The notes beneath the pieces are model-generated. The model was not told where the DNA came from. It made no database searches and saw nothing but the letters and a program-made list of their open reading frames with translations. DNA of 35,271 bases from a virus (lineage: Duplodnaviria; Caudoviricetes), in the IMG/VR virus record IMGVR_UViG_3300037047_000137, positions 1 to 35,271 of that record. The stretch is one strand, 5' to 3'. Shown in pieces: positions 1 through 9,678 of the stretch (its first letter is position 1; each line of letters starts with the position of its first letter). The position numbers and the translations under genes were made by a program.

Positions 1-1788
1 CACAGCCACCACGTTAGTCATGCTGTCGGCATTGGGTCGGTTGACGGTGACCATGCCATCCGTTATCGCCGTTACCCTGGCCAGGCCATAGGCCGGCACT
101 GTCCCCGCGTAACCGTTCGCCGCTGACATTTGACGTGGCCTCGCGAACGCACTGGCTGGTTGGTCGTTTCCCGGCACGACCGCCCCCAAAGGCAGTTGTT
201 CGTAGGTTCTGACCGCGGTGCGCTCGGTCTGGCGCCTGACGTTTTCGGGCGGTACCCAGGGGTCGTGCTCGCTGGACTCGCTGGCTTGAGTCGTCGCTCC
301 ACTGGGACCGGCTGACCAGGTTATCTGGAGAATCGATCCGTCGAGCTTGAAGTTGTGGATTCCCGCGTAGGTCCGGCTGCCCGTCCTCGTCGGTACGTAC
401 TCGGTCGCCTTGATGGCAAGGATATCATCTAGAGCCGTGGTCACTCCACCCCAATTCATCAAAGCATCATCGCGGTACTGCAGGGCAAGGTGCGTGCAGT
501 CAACGGTTTCTATCCCGAAGCTGCCGCCGATGTTCTTGTCGCGCGTGTGCCGTTCCCCGAAGACCACGCACCGCAGGTAGAGAACCGCGCGGCCGGGGGT
601 ATTCCCGGCCCAGGCAATGACCGGCTCGGAGAACTTCACAATGCCAAGCTGCTCATCGATGTCGAAGCGCTTCGGGTAGATCGTGTGAATGGTCGTGTTG
701 CTACCCTGCATGGACTCCAGGTCATCGGCAAACTCGCCCCGGACGAAGGCCGGTCGGCGTTTGGTGATGGTCTTGAGTTGCTTGCCGTACATTTGTACGG
801 TTTGAACCGTCTGGACAAGCTCGGACGATATCGGCAAGAGCCAATCCAGAAGCGGGTTTTCTCTTTCTACACCCTGGTGCTTCCACCCGGGGATTTTCTC
901 TGGCACGATCCGGTACCATCTGAACACAGTCTGTTCTGCAAGTTTGCGCCTGGACGTTTCTAAGCCAAGCCCTGGTGTGGTTGTGTCAGAAATAGGAGTG
1001 TCGTCCACTTGCGAGAACAGCAAGAAGTCTTCCCCCCATCCACCGTTCGGCTCATAAGAGAGTTCGTCAATCGGTTTGATTGAGCCATCCACGTCCAGCC
1101 CGACCGGCTCCAAAAGGAACTCGTGCTCGTGTTCGGTGTGGCCGCAGATCGCGCGGAGAGTGCTTGGCCTCGGCAAAGGAGTGCTGCCTATCTCGTCGGC
1201 CAGTAGATATGGGCCAGCCATCAGGCTGTAGCCCTCGCCACGTTTGCAGAGCGACACCTTGCCCGTGGTCGGGTCATAGCAAATCAAGAGGTGATAACGG
1301 TCGCACAGCTCCGCCAGCGCCTGGGCCGGCTTGGTGTAATCCCACTCGGTCTCCGGGTACTGGTCCTTCGGCATAAGCTCGATATCGTGGTTGGCTTCCT
1401 CCATCGCCTCCAGACACATTACCGCCAGCTCCTGGGCGCTCTTGACCGACTCGGTCTGTTCCGTCCCAGGCACAGGCTTCTCGCTGTTCAGTCCGATGTT
1501 GTAGCGCCCCACCAGCACGTTGAAGCGCCATCGCCACCGCCGGTCAAGGAACTGCAGCCGCCACGTGGCCGAGCTGCGGTCAGAGCCGCGTTGGCTGAAC
1601 AGACAATCCTTGAAGGTCAGCGCCCTCTCGCCATCGGTGAAGCTGATATCCGACACCTGCGGAACCTGGACGTCAAGCGGCGCGGTGACAATCGTCAGAA
1701 CCGAGGGCGTGATGCCATGCGACAACGTGTAGCTGCCCTCCAGAACCTTGCCGGCGCCAGGCGCCCAGGTTACCCCGATCTGCCCCAT
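1..1788 (-). CDS. Tail tip/hub-type structural protein, truncated by the left window edge (not in the supplied ORF track)
   Basis: I read the frame by hand: there is no stop between the ATG at 1788 (or GTG at 1794, overlapping the upstream TGA) and position 1. It begins MGQIGVTWAPGAGKVLEGSYTLSHGITPS and contains LQFLDRRWRWRFNVLVGRYN. It lies downstream of the tape measure gene. Confidence 0.8.
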   Translation of the reverse strand, partial: MGQIGVTWAPGAGKVLEGSYTLSHGITPSVLTIVTAPLDVQVPQVSDISFTDGERALTFKDCLFSQRGSDRSSATWRLQFLDRRWRWRFNVLVGRYNIGLNSEKPVPGTEQTESVKSAQELAVMCLEAMEEANHDIELMPKDQYPETEWDYTKPAQALAELCDRYHLLICYDPTTGKVSLCKRGEGYSLMAGPYLLADEIGSTPLPRPSTLRAICGHTEHEHEFLLEPVGLDVDGSIKPIDELSYEPNGGWGEDFLLFSQVDDTPISDTTTPGLGLETSRRKLAEQTVFRWYRIVPEKIPGWKHQGVERENPLLDWLLPISSELVQTVQTVQMYGKQLKTITKRRPAFVRGEFADDLESMQGSNTTIHTIYPKRFDIDEQLGIVKFSEPVIAWAGNTPGRAVLYLRCVVFGERHTRDKNIGGSFGIETVDCTHLALQYRDDALMNWGGVTTALDDILAIKATEYVPTRTGSRTYAGIHNFKLDGSILQITWSAGPSGATTQASESSEHDPWVPPENVRRQTERTAVRTYEQLPLGAVVPGNDQPASAFARPRQMSAANGYAGTVPAYGLARVTAITDGMVTVNRPNADSMTNVVAV

Positions 1789-1790
1789 GT

Positions 1791-2879
1791 TCACTCCGCC
1801 AGGGCGTCCGCAATCGTCTCGCCGCCGGCCAGGTCAACCGGCAACGCCACCCCCAACCGCCGGAAGAACTCGGAGAACGTCCCCGCCTCGTCGTTGGTCG
1901 TCGTGAAATACACCTTGTCCCCGACCGCCACCGCAAAGCCGACCCTGACCACCGCGTCGCTCATCGCCGCCAGCGAGGCCACCGTAACGCTGCCGGTCAA
2001 CCCGGAACCGCCATCGGCAATCAGCACCTGTGCCCCCGTGCTCGTGAACGTCGCCGTGTGCGCCACCTTCACCGTGCGCGCCGCGTCGGAGTAAACGTCC
2101 ACCCGCCAGTCACCGCCGCCCTCGTCGACCACGCTCGGGTAAACGTCCCCGGCCTGGCTGGTGTTTGTTCCCTTCGCCGCCCCGGTGAAGCTGTAGGCGG
2201 AGATCACCCCGCCGGCGTCGCCGATCAGCTTCGTCCCCGCCCCAGCCGTGTAGGCGCTCAGAAGCAGGCTGAAGAGCGTCTGCCCGTTGCTGTCCGCCCC
2301 CGCGTACTGCTCCCCGGTCGTCAACGCTCCCGACAGCACCCCGTGCAGGTGCGGCTGCCCCCGGACCTGCCAGGTCTCCGCCCCCGCCCCGCCGGCAACG
2401 CTCGTGCACTCCAACTCCCAGAACTCGTCCGTCAGCAACTGCGTCAGTCCGGACGGCGTGGCCAGGGCGCATGTCCCGGCGTTGTCCGGATCATAGGTCG
2501 GCGTCGTCGCCGCCACCGCCGAACCGTCGATAGACTCTTCCGCCTCCGTCATATCCTCAGCCAGGTCCGCCAGCACATCCGCCAGGCTGAAGCTCGACCC
2601 CGTGAACCCGATGGCCTTCGCCAGCGTTCCGGTGATATAGTCCTCGGCATTTCTCTTGAACTGCGCCTTGTTGTTCTCCATCCCCGCGTTGATGTTCTCG
2701 CGCGTGGCCAGCACCGCCGCCAGAAGCTCCACCTCGGCCTCGGAGTCCTTCAGGATCGCGATTGCCTCTTCAACCGTGGTCACGATCCCCGCCCGGTCCG
2801 TCTCCACCTGGTTGAAGAGCTTGACCAGCTTCCCCAAGTTGGCGAAATGTATCGCGTAGTTTGCGCTGCTCATGGCCAT
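1791..2879 (-). CDS. Tail-associated structural protein (hypothetical)
   Basis: 362-aa ORF with a helical N-terminus and a G/T/A-rich beta-type C-terminus. SD-like GGAG upstream. Located in the tail operon. Confidence 0.7.
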   Translation of the reverse strand: MAMSSANYAIHFANLGKLVKLFNQVETDRAGIVTTVEEAIAILKDSEAEVELLAAVLATRENINAGMENNKAQFKRNAEDYITGTLAKAIGFTGSSFSLADVLADLAEDMTEAEESIDGSAVAATTPTYDPDNAGTCALATPSGLTQLLTDEFWELECTSVAGGAGAETWQVRGQPHLHGVLSGALTTGEQYAGADSNGQTLFSLLLSAYTAGAGTKLIGDAGGVISAYSFTGAAKGTNTSQAGDVYPSVVDEGGGDWRVDVYSDAARTVKVAHTATFTSTGAQVLIADGGSGLTGSVTVASLAAMSDAVVRVGFAVAVGDKVYFTTTNDEAGTFSEFFRRLGVALPVDLAGGETIADALAE

Positions 2880-2894
2880 GTCCGCTATCTCCTA

Positions 2895-3614
2895 TCACAC
2901 ACCCCACAGGTGGGGGTTTGCCGTCATGTAGGCCGGAAGCTCGAATTCGTAGGTCCAAGACACCCCATAGTGCCGGTAACTGCCGTCCGCCTGGCGCTCC
3001 GGCCCGGCCCTGGTGATCTGCCGGCGATCCAACCGTTCGAAACTGTTGAAGAGCGGACTCGGCGTCAGCGGCCAACTCGCAAGCCCCATAGCCGACCCGC
3101 TCTGGACGATCTGCACGGGGGTTCGCCGGTTGACCGTCTGCTGGATCGGTAAGCCATCAAGCGGTACCAGTGTGACGAACCGGGAACCCCCGGTGCCTGT
3201 GATGGTGACTGACTCCTGGAACGCCTCCAGGTTGGCCGCGCTGCCATCCTGGAAGTCAGCCTCGACCGTGAGGCGAAACGACCGCCGGTTGGCGTATTCC
3301 GGGCCCCCGCCCTCCGGGTAGGACGGCGCTTCGATGACCCGGCACCCGCCAACCGACGCCGAAGAATTCAGCACCCGGATAGACGTTGCCCCGTCATAAA
3401 GCCCCAGGCTCTGCCCGTCGCTCGCGTAAGCCGCCTCAAGCGTCGCGATCTTGCCGGCCAGGTCGGACGGTCCGGTGCCGATGATCCACCCATCCACCGT
3501 CCAACGTTCGGTGTAGCCGAACCGCCGGCCGGTGCTGTCCCGCTTCGGCGTGCGCTGCATCTGCACCGCGCATGTGCCGTCCCCGTGGGAGTAGGAACCG
3601 TATTTCAGTATCAC
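2895..3614 (-). CDS. Distal tail (Dit-like) protein
   Basis: 239 aa, immediately after the tape measure gene with a GTGA start/stop overlap. The function is a positional inference. Confidence 0.6.
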   Translation of the reverse strand: MILKYGSYSHGDGTCAVQMQRTPKRDSTGRRFGYTERWTVDGWIIGTGPSDLAGKIATLEAAYASDGQSLGLYDGATSIRVLNSSASVGGCRVIEAPSYPEGGGPEYANRRSFRLTVEADFQDGSAANLEAFQESVTITGTGGSRFVTLVPLDGLPIQQTVNRRTPVQIVQSGSAMGLASWPLTPSPLFNSFERLDRRQITRAGPERQADGSYRHYGVSWTYEFELPAYMTANPHLWGV

Positions 3615-5542
3615 AGCGCCGCCGCTCCCGCCACCGCCTGACTGGATTGCTGGCCACTACGCAGCGACCCGGTCAGCTTGCCTATCGATGCGTTTATCAC
3701 TTCCCAAATCTTCGGCAGCACCTTTTCTGTGATCTGGCTGGCCAAGCTCGGCCCGTCGATCTCCAGCTTGGCCGTGATCTCGTTCTTCATCACCGCCTGG
3801 ACATCCACCTTTTCGAGCATCCCCGAGACCAGCCCCGCCCCCAGCTCCTTGCTGGCCAGCCGCTCGGCGAACCCCTGCCGTTTGACATATTCCTTGAGCA
3901 GGCTGCTCTTGCCGACAACGTCCATCTCGGAGCCGGACAAGCCCTCAAAGGCCGCCTGCCCGCTGCCCTGGAGCTTGGCCAGCACCTTGCGCACCTGGCC
4001 CCGCTCAAGCGCGTTCATCAGCCCATATTGCTCGGAGATCGTCCTGGCCAGCTTCGCCGCGCTGTCCGCCCCGGCCTTGTATTCCCCCATGATCTTCGCC
4101 ACGGCCTTGCTCCGCTCGGTCTCCGCCCTGGCGATCTTCTCCACCGCCGTAACCTGTTTGCCCATCTCTTCGGTCACCTTGCCGACTTCGGGCGATTGGA
4201 GCGCTTCGTTCATCCGGCCCGCCGCGTCGCGCTCGTCGAAAGCCTTCCGCCAGCGCTCCTGGGCCGTTCCCGCTACGTCCTTGGCATAGGCCGCGTCGCT
4301 GCTCTTCTTCCGGCCGGGCAGCACCCAGGCCAGCGGGCTTGTCATCTTCGCGGCTGTCTCCACAAACGCCGCCAGCCCCTCGCCGCCCTCCAGCACCGCC
4401 GCCAACCCCTCGGCCACGTCGCCCAGGAAGTCCGCCAGCTTCGCCACCGCCGGTCCCAGCGCCGTAACAACCCGCGTGAGGCTCGGCAGCACCTTCTGCC
4501 CGACCTCCACCCCTGAGACCTTGATGTCGTTGAGCGCTTTTTCGAATTTGAATGCGTCCGACTCAGCAACCTTCTTGAACGCCTCGCCAGCCGCTCCCTG
4601 GGAATTGGTCAGCGTGTCAACAACCTCGACATAGGTTCCCGCCTGCTCCCCGGCCAGCGCCAGGACCGCCGTCAACCCCCGGACGTTCTCAAACAGGGCG
4701 GACAGGGCTTCGGTGTTCCCCCCGGTCTTCTCTCGGATGTCCGCCAGGAACCCGGCGAAGCCTTTCGCTTTCAGTGCCGCTGCCGAGAAGTCGATGCCAA
4801 GCAACTCCGCCACCTTGGCCGCTTCCTCGGATGGCTTTATGACTGACGTCATAACCCCCTTGAGGTACGTCACCGCGTCGCTGGTCTTGTTCCCGCCCAG
4901 CGTCAAAGTCCCTACCGCCCCGAAGAGATCCTCAAGCGATATGTTCAACTGCGCAGCGAACGGCAGCACCTGCCCCATGCTCGCCGCCAGCTCGGAATAC
5001 GTCGTCTTGCCTTTTTCCACCGTCTTGAAGGCAACGTCGTTGATCCGGTCAACATCCTTCACGGTCATGCCATAGGCATTGAGCACGTTGGTCGTCATGT
5101 CGACCACTTCGGTAACCGATGCCACAGCGCCTATGGCGGTCTTGGCCGACTTCTCCACGAACTGCATGGCTTGGCCGGCTTCTACACCCGAAGAAACCGT
5201 CTGATAAAGCGCCTTGGCCAGCTCTTCCGGCCCCTTGCCAGTCCCGCGCGAGAGGTCCAATATCTGCTTGTTCAGAGCCGCCATGTTGACCTGTGTCGTG
5301 TCAACGATGGTGGATATCTCAGCCATCGCCTTGCCAAACGCCAGCGCATCCTGCGTCCCGCGCACCAGCCACGCCGTGAACGCCGCCGCCCCGGCTCCCA
5401 GCGTCCCCGCCACCAGGTACTTGCCGACGTTGAGCGCACCCTTCTGCAGCCCGTCAATCCCGGACTGCATCTGCCGGATGCCCTTGTTCCCATCAGGCCC
5501 CAGCTTCGAGCCCAATCGGATCAACACCGCACGTTCAGCCAC
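3611..5542 (-). CDS. Tail tape measure protein (TP901-like core)
   Basis: 643 aa, Ala-rich and helical. Typical core segments ELAKALYQTVSSG, DVAFKTVEKGKTTYSELAASMGQV and LFENVRGLTAVLAL. Follows the chaperone genes. Confidence 0.92.
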   Translation of the reverse strand: MAERAVLIRLGSKLGPDGNKGIRQMQSGIDGLQKGALNVGKYLVAGTLGAGAAAFTAWLVRGTQDALAFGKAMAEISTIVDTTQVNMAALNKQILDLSRGTGKGPEELAKALYQTVSSGVEAGQAMQFVEKSAKTAIGAVASVTEVVDMTTNVLNAYGMTVKDVDRINDVAFKTVEKGKTTYSELAASMGQVLPFAAQLNISLEDLFGAVGTLTLGGNKTSDAVTYLKGVMTSVIKPSEEAAKVAELLGIDFSAAALKAKGFAGFLADIREKTGGNTEALSALFENVRGLTAVLALAGEQAGTYVEVVDTLTNSQGAAGEAFKKVAESDAFKFEKALNDIKVSGVEVGQKVLPSLTRVVTALGPAVAKLADFLGDVAEGLAAVLEGGEGLAAFVETAAKMTSPLAWVLPGRKKSSDAAYAKDVAGTAQERWRKAFDERDAAGRMNEALQSPEVGKVTEEMGKQVTAVEKIARAETERSKAVAKIMGEYKAGADSAAKLARTISEQYGLMNALERGQVRKVLAKLQGSGQAAFEGLSGSEMDVVGKSSLLKEYVKRQGFAERLASKELGAGLVSGMLEKVDVQAVMKNEITAKLEIDGPSLASQITEKVLPKIWEVINASIGKLTGSLRSGQQSSQAVAGAAAL

Positions 5543-5924
5543 CCAACGCCTCCACTATCGCTCGATTGACGCTTCGCGTCGCCATGAGCTGCTGCACTTC
5601 CCTGGCCGTCTCTTCCAGCCGGTAGAACGCCCAGGCGGTCTGTTCGTCGATCTGCCCCACATCGAAGCCCTGGACGTGGAATCGCCACCTGCGGTAGACT
5701 GCCAGGTTCTCGGGCGTCCACGCGAACCGCTTCGGACAGATACCGCACTGCGGTTCGTCCCGCGGCCCCCGCAGCCGGTACCGGCCAAGCTCAACGATCG
5801 GCTGCCCGCGTTGCTCCGGGTCGGGATTGCGGAAGTTGTGGTGCTCGTACTTCCGGCAGAAGTCACAGTCCCGCCTTTCGTCCTCGGGCCGCAGCCAGTG
5901 CAGCCGCAGCCCGTCCGTCAGTTT
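5535..5924 (-). CDS. Frameshift extension of the tail assembly chaperone (lambda gpGT equivalent)
   Basis: The -1 frame is open from the slippery site to a stop at 5535 that overlaps the tape measure start. Contains CDFC and CGIC. Confidence 0.8.
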   Translation of the reverse strand, partial: KLTDGLRLHWLRPEDERRDCDFCRKYEHHNFRNPDPEQRGQPIVELGRYRLRGPRDEPQCGICPKRFAWTPENLAVYRRWRFHVQGFDVGQIDEQTAWAFYRLEETAREVQQLMATRSVNRAIVEALGG

Positions 5925-6262
5925 TTTGCGGCGTCCCCGGCACCGACGATGGTCGCGGAAATCTTCCAGAACGCAGCTTCGCACCCCTTGGCCAGCGCCA
6001 CCAGCGATTCGAAGCCTGGCTCCTGCGGCAAAGACCACCACTCCAGGTGATCCGCCGTAAACCTGACCGCCAGCTCCCCCCGGTGCGCCAGGCTGTCCCT
6101 GCCGCCAATCGAGGTCATCTTGGCCCCGACTGACGCCAGCCCGTCCGGCACGCGAAAGCGGATGGTGAAAGGCTCGAAACCGGGAACCTCAATCCTGGCC
6201 TCCCGCGTCTCCGGCTTCGTGAAGTTGAAAACAACGGGCTTAAGCTTTTCTCTCTTGCTCAT
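5918..6262 (-). CDS. Tail assembly chaperone (lambda gpG equivalent)
   Basis: 114 aa, between the tail tube and tape measure genes. Ends GCA AAA AAC TGA. Confidence 0.8.
   Translation of the reverse strand: MSKREKLKPVVFNFTKPETREARIEVPGFEPFTIRFRVPDGLASVGAKMTSIGGRDSLAHRGELAVRFTADHLEWWSLPQEPGFESLVALAKGCEAAFWKISATIVGAGDAAKN
5921..5927 (-). other. -1 programmed ribosomal frameshift heptamer A AAA AAC
   Basis: X XXY YYZ heptamer in the correct phase, immediately before the chaperone stop codon. Confidence 0.85.
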
Positions 6263-6277
6263 GGTCCATCTTCCCCC

Positions 6278-7156
6278 TTATGTGTAGGTCAACGTGCAGA
6301 TGTGGCTTTCGCCGGTCTTCAGCCACGCGCGCAACTTCAGCGTGTCCTTGCGCGACTCCACCCCCGCGCCATCCGGCCATTTGGCCGGGTTCACAACGGT
6401 CATCTCCAGACAGGCAATCGCCAGCGAGTGGACCCCATCGGTGAAGGTGAGGCTCACCGCCAGCGGCGTGTTGGTCCCGGCCAGGGCCAACAGGTCGGCA
6501 AAGGTGTCGGCGTTCTGGTCGAACGCGAGCTCAAGCTCGACCTTCTGGATCGCCTTCTGCACCGTGCTCCGGACCAGGCTGTTCAGGAACCGCTCTTCGA
6601 GCGCGTTGTCCAGCCGGAACTTGAAGCCGCTCGGGAAGTAATTGTTCCCGCCGATGCTGCAGGCCGACAGGTCGGCAAAGCGCATCCGGTCCGGCGGAGT
6701 CAGCGCCGCCACGCTGCCGGAATCAGCCTCCGTGGTACCCAGGAGTTCCAGTATCCAGTCAAGCGGCTCGTTCTCCTGCCCGGAGATCTCCAGCGCCGCC
6801 AGCCAGCATGCCGCGTAAGTGTAGATGTCCACCCCGCGGTCAAGCACCACATCCGCCACCTTGGCCGTCGGGTTCGCCGCCGGCGTGTGTACCCCCGCCG
6901 CGTTGTCCAGGAAAAGGGCCAAGAGGGCGGAAGCCTGTGCGTAGCTCGGCCGCACCGTGACCGATCCCTTTACGTCGATCTTCTTGATCTGCCGGCCATC
7001 CTTCCCTGGCTTGTCCGTCCCGATCATCGCGGTCTCGCTGGGCTCATCCCAGGCGTTTTCCGCCTTCAGCGACTCCTGGGTGACCAGCAGCACGTTGCCG
7101 CCGATTGACCCCGCACAGTCATGCCCGAAAGTCAGTGCCTTGCTCTTGTCCGCCAT
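6278..7156 (-). CDS. Major tail tube protein
   Basis: 292 aa, beta-rich, with a good SD (GAGGAG). Position is between the terminator-like gene and the chaperone. Confidence 0.75.
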   Translation of the reverse strand: MADKSKALTFGHDCAGSIGGNVLLVTQESLKAENAWDEPSETAMIGTDKPGKDGRQIKKIDVKGSVTVRPSYAQASALLALFLDNAAGVHTPAANPTAKVADVVLDRGVDIYTYAACWLAALEISGQENEPLDWILELLGTTEADSGSVAALTPPDRMRFADLSACSIGGNNYFPSGFKFRLDNALEERFLNSLVRSTVQKAIQKVELELAFDQNADTFADLLALAGTNTPLAVSLTFTDGVHSLAIACLEMTVVNPAKWPDGAGVESRKDTLKLRAWLKTGESHICTLTYT

Positions 7157-7168
7157 CGCTCTTTCTCC

Positions 7169-7981
7169 TCACCCCCGCGACCGCAGGGTTACGAACTCAA
7201 AGGTGAGCACGCTCACCCACTGGAAGCGCTCCCATAGCACCTCCAGGTCAACCACTCCCGAATTTGTCTCTTTCTCGCACGCCGCCTCGGGCAACGCCAC
7301 CAGGCGCTTGCCCAGGAACTGGTCCCGCACCTGCTGCCGGATCAGCATCTCGGCCGCCCGTTGCAACGTCGTTTTCGACCGCTCACAGAACGCCACGTTA
7401 ACCCGGTACCGGACCTCGTTGACCTGGCTCCGGTTGGCTTCCGCGTCGTCATCGTCGGGAAAGACCTTGAAACACGATGTGTTGACTTCGTCGAAGTCCG
7501 GCGGGATTTCCTTGGTTGCCACCACCGGGTCCCCGCCCGCATCGGTCAGGCCCAGGGCGGTCAACTGCCCGGCCACCGCGTCCATGATCCGGTCGATCTC
7601 CGCCGCGCTGCCGTCGGTCGGCATGCAGTAACGCGGTTCCAGCCACTCGCTGGTCAACTCGCCGCTCCTGATATAGACCGTAAGCCCATACCCCTGTTCG
7701 TTGGTGAGGCCAGGGACCACCAGGTCACCGGAGCCAACGCGTTTCAGCGCCTCGCTCTCAGCGGACCATGTAGCTGTCGGCAGGAACCGCCGGAATCTGG
7801 CATAGACCACGTCCGTCGGGTTGGGCGTCGTGAGGTGCAGCGTCACCTGCCCGTCCCCGGGCGTGGGCGCGGCGGTCCAGGTGGGCGGGGCGGGTTGTTC
7901 GGCGCCGCCGCCGGTCTCAACGTCGGTCTCAAGGCCGAGCGTGACCAGCCCAAGCCCCGCGCCAGGTCCGCTAACTGCCAT
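7169..7981 (-). CDS. Tail terminator-like protein with an N-terminal fibronectin-III/Ig-like domain
   Basis: The N-terminal segments PTPGDGQVTLHLT and LVVPGLTNEQGYGLTVY are FN3-like. The C-terminal ~145 aa (IDRIMDAVAGQL...YRVNVAF...WVSVLTFEF) fit a tail-completion protein directly before the tube gene. Confidence 0.6.
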   Translation of the reverse strand: MAVSGPGAGLGLVTLGLETDVETGGGAEQPAPPTWTAAPTPGDGQVTLHLTTPNPTDVVYARFRRFLPTATWSAESEALKRVGSGDLVVPGLTNEQGYGLTVYIRSGELTSEWLEPRYCMPTDGSAAEIDRIMDAVAGQLTALGLTDAGGDPVVATKEIPPDFDEVNTSCFKVFPDDDDAEANRSQVNEVRYRVNVAFCERSKTTLQRAAEMLIRQQVRDQFLGKRLVALPEAACEKETNSGVVDLEVLWERFQWVSVLTFEFVTLRSRG

Positions 7982-7989
7982 CCGTCACC

Positions 7990-8637
7990 TCACTCTGCCC
8001 ACGTCGGCGTCCACGTGTATGGCCCGGTGCCGGTGCGGGCCAGCGTGACCAGGAGATTGCCGGCAGCGTCGTAAACCTGCACTTCGGTGCCGGCCGCGTT
8101 GACGATCTTCTTGCCGGCCGTCGCGCCAAGTATTTGCCCGATCTCGGCATCCACGTATGCAGCCAGGGCGGCGAGTTGTGCGTCGAGATTGGCCGAGGCC
8201 ATTCCCACGGCGGTGCGCACTCCGGCCGCGTCCAGCGTGCTGAGGCCGCTCTGGATTTTGGTCACAGCATCAGCCTTGACCGCGGCGGCGGCGATGGCGT
8301 CCGTTGCGAACTTGGCCGAAGTAAGGCTGCCGTCGGCCGGGACCACAACCCCAGGTGTCGCGCTGGCCGTGGTGACCACCGTTACCGCTGCCGGGATGCA
8401 CCCGGACTTGTACGCCACCACGCAGAAGTCCGTATAATTGGTCTCGGCCTGCGTCGGCGTGTAGTAGACGATGCCGCTGCTGCCGCCGTACGCTACGGTT
8501 CCGCCGCCGGCGGTCTCGTCGCCCCCGTTCGGCCGCACCACGACCGAGCAGCCTGATGTCTGCACCGCACCGTCCGATATCTGCACCACCGGCCCGACAG
8601 CGATGCGTGGGGGAGCTGCGGCATTTCTTGGGTACAT
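7990..8637 (-). CDS. Virion structural/decoration protein (hypothetical)
   Basis: Likely start is the ATG at 8637 (TGATG overlap). Contains YYTPTQAETN and Ala-rich helical segments (DAIAAAAVKADAVTKIQSGL, LDAAGVRTAVGMASANLDAQL). Confidence 0.6.
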   Translation of the reverse strand: MYPRNAAAPPRIAVGPVVQISDGAVQTSGCSVVVRPNGGDETAGGGTVAYGGSSGIVYYTPTQAETNYTDFCVVAYKSGCIPAAVTVVTTASATPGVVVPADGSLTSAKFATDAIAAAAVKADAVTKIQSGLSTLDAAGVRTAVGMASANLDAQLAALAAYVDAEIGQILGATAGKKIVNAAGTEVQVYDAAGNLLVTLARTGTGPYTWTPTWAE

Positions 8638-9677
8638 CAGCGAAGTCCTCCACCAAGGATATGACACTGTTTGCGAGTCCAGGCGCCTTTGAACGAGACT
8701 GGAGCCAGGTCCAGATGCTGCACGTCTCCGGTGACCCTATACGAGGAAGTCCCCCCATAGCACACACACGACATAATTGACCGATACGCGGAGGCCGCCT
8801 GCATCAAAATGGTCAGTGTGTCGAGGAGGGAAGAGAACGCCGCGTCGGAATACGTATCCATATACACACGCCCGTAACTCCCAATACTGCGGTCGTGGCG
8901 CATCTGGTAGTAGCGTCGGACATTAAACGCATCATCCCAGTAGTCGGTCTGCTGCAGACCGGCCCCATATACCTCGTGCAGCACGGTGCGAGAGCTGGGG
9001 CCAGCTATCTTGCCGATGCGAAAGCCCAGCAACGAATACCCGTTAGCGAACATATGGTAGAAATCTTGAGTCCCAGAGTATGTGGTCATGATTATCGGGA
9101 AGATGATGCCAGCATCATCACCATCGCTCACAATGGAGTCCACCCGGAAGGACACATTTGCATTCCAATATCTCGCGCCGAAATCTTTGGACATCAGCCA
9201 GTCTGTGTTACGCGGGGCGTTCACAACGCTAACTTTCGTCGCACTGTCTACAGTGAGATATCCGCCGGTATCGGTCTCAGTGTACGTGGTATAGTCCTCG
9301 TACGGGTCAATGTGGAGGTCCTGCGCACCGATGCGCGGCAGCTTCTCCACATCCACCCATGCGTCCCAGGAAGAGTCTGCTGCGCCGGCACGCTTCTCGG
9401 CTACCCGGTTGGCATAGAGTGCCTTGGCTTCGTCTGACTCCTCGTCGTACGGCATCCGCAGGTCGCGCAGCGAGTCCAACCGACCGAAGACGGACGCTTG
9501 CCTAGGATTGAATTCGGTGGCACGCCAGTACTCGAAGCGCAGCATGTCCGGTTCGTCCCGCTTGTTGACCTGTGCACTGCGGGCATTGTGCCAAAGCCGC
9601 AGCCGCTCCAGCGCACGGAGGCAGTATGCCCGCTTGTCGGCATCAGTCCTGGCCGCGATGGGCAGCACGATGCACAT
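8637..9677 (-). CDS. Hypothetical protein with a Tyr/Asp-rich beta-sandwich-like C-terminal domain
   Basis: Start placed at ATG 9677 (MCIVLPIAA). The EDYTTYTETD...KDFGARYW domain is encoded in visibly lower-GC DNA. Confidence 0.6.
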   Translation of the reverse strand: MCIVLPIAARTDADKRAYCLRALERLRLWHNARSAQVNKRDEPDMLRFEYWRATEFNPRQASVFGRLDSLRDLRMPYDEESDEAKALYANRVAEKRAGAADSSWDAWVDVEKLPRIGAQDLHIDPYEDYTTYTETDTGGYLTVDSATKVSVVNAPRNTDWLMSKDFGARYWNANVSFRVDSIVSDGDDAGIIFPIIMTTYSGTQDFYHMFANGYSLLGFRIGKIAGPSSRTVLHEVYGAGLQQTDYWDDAFNVRRYYQMRHDRSIGSYGRVYMDTYSDAAFSSLLDTLTILMQAASAYRSIMSCVCYGGTSSYRVTGDVQHLDLAPVSFKGAWTRKQCHILGGGLR

Positions 9678-9678
9678 C

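Noticed and set aside
8637-9400. Diversity-generating retroelement target
   Set aside because: I saw no reverse transcriptase and no template/variable repeat pair differing at adenines in the window.
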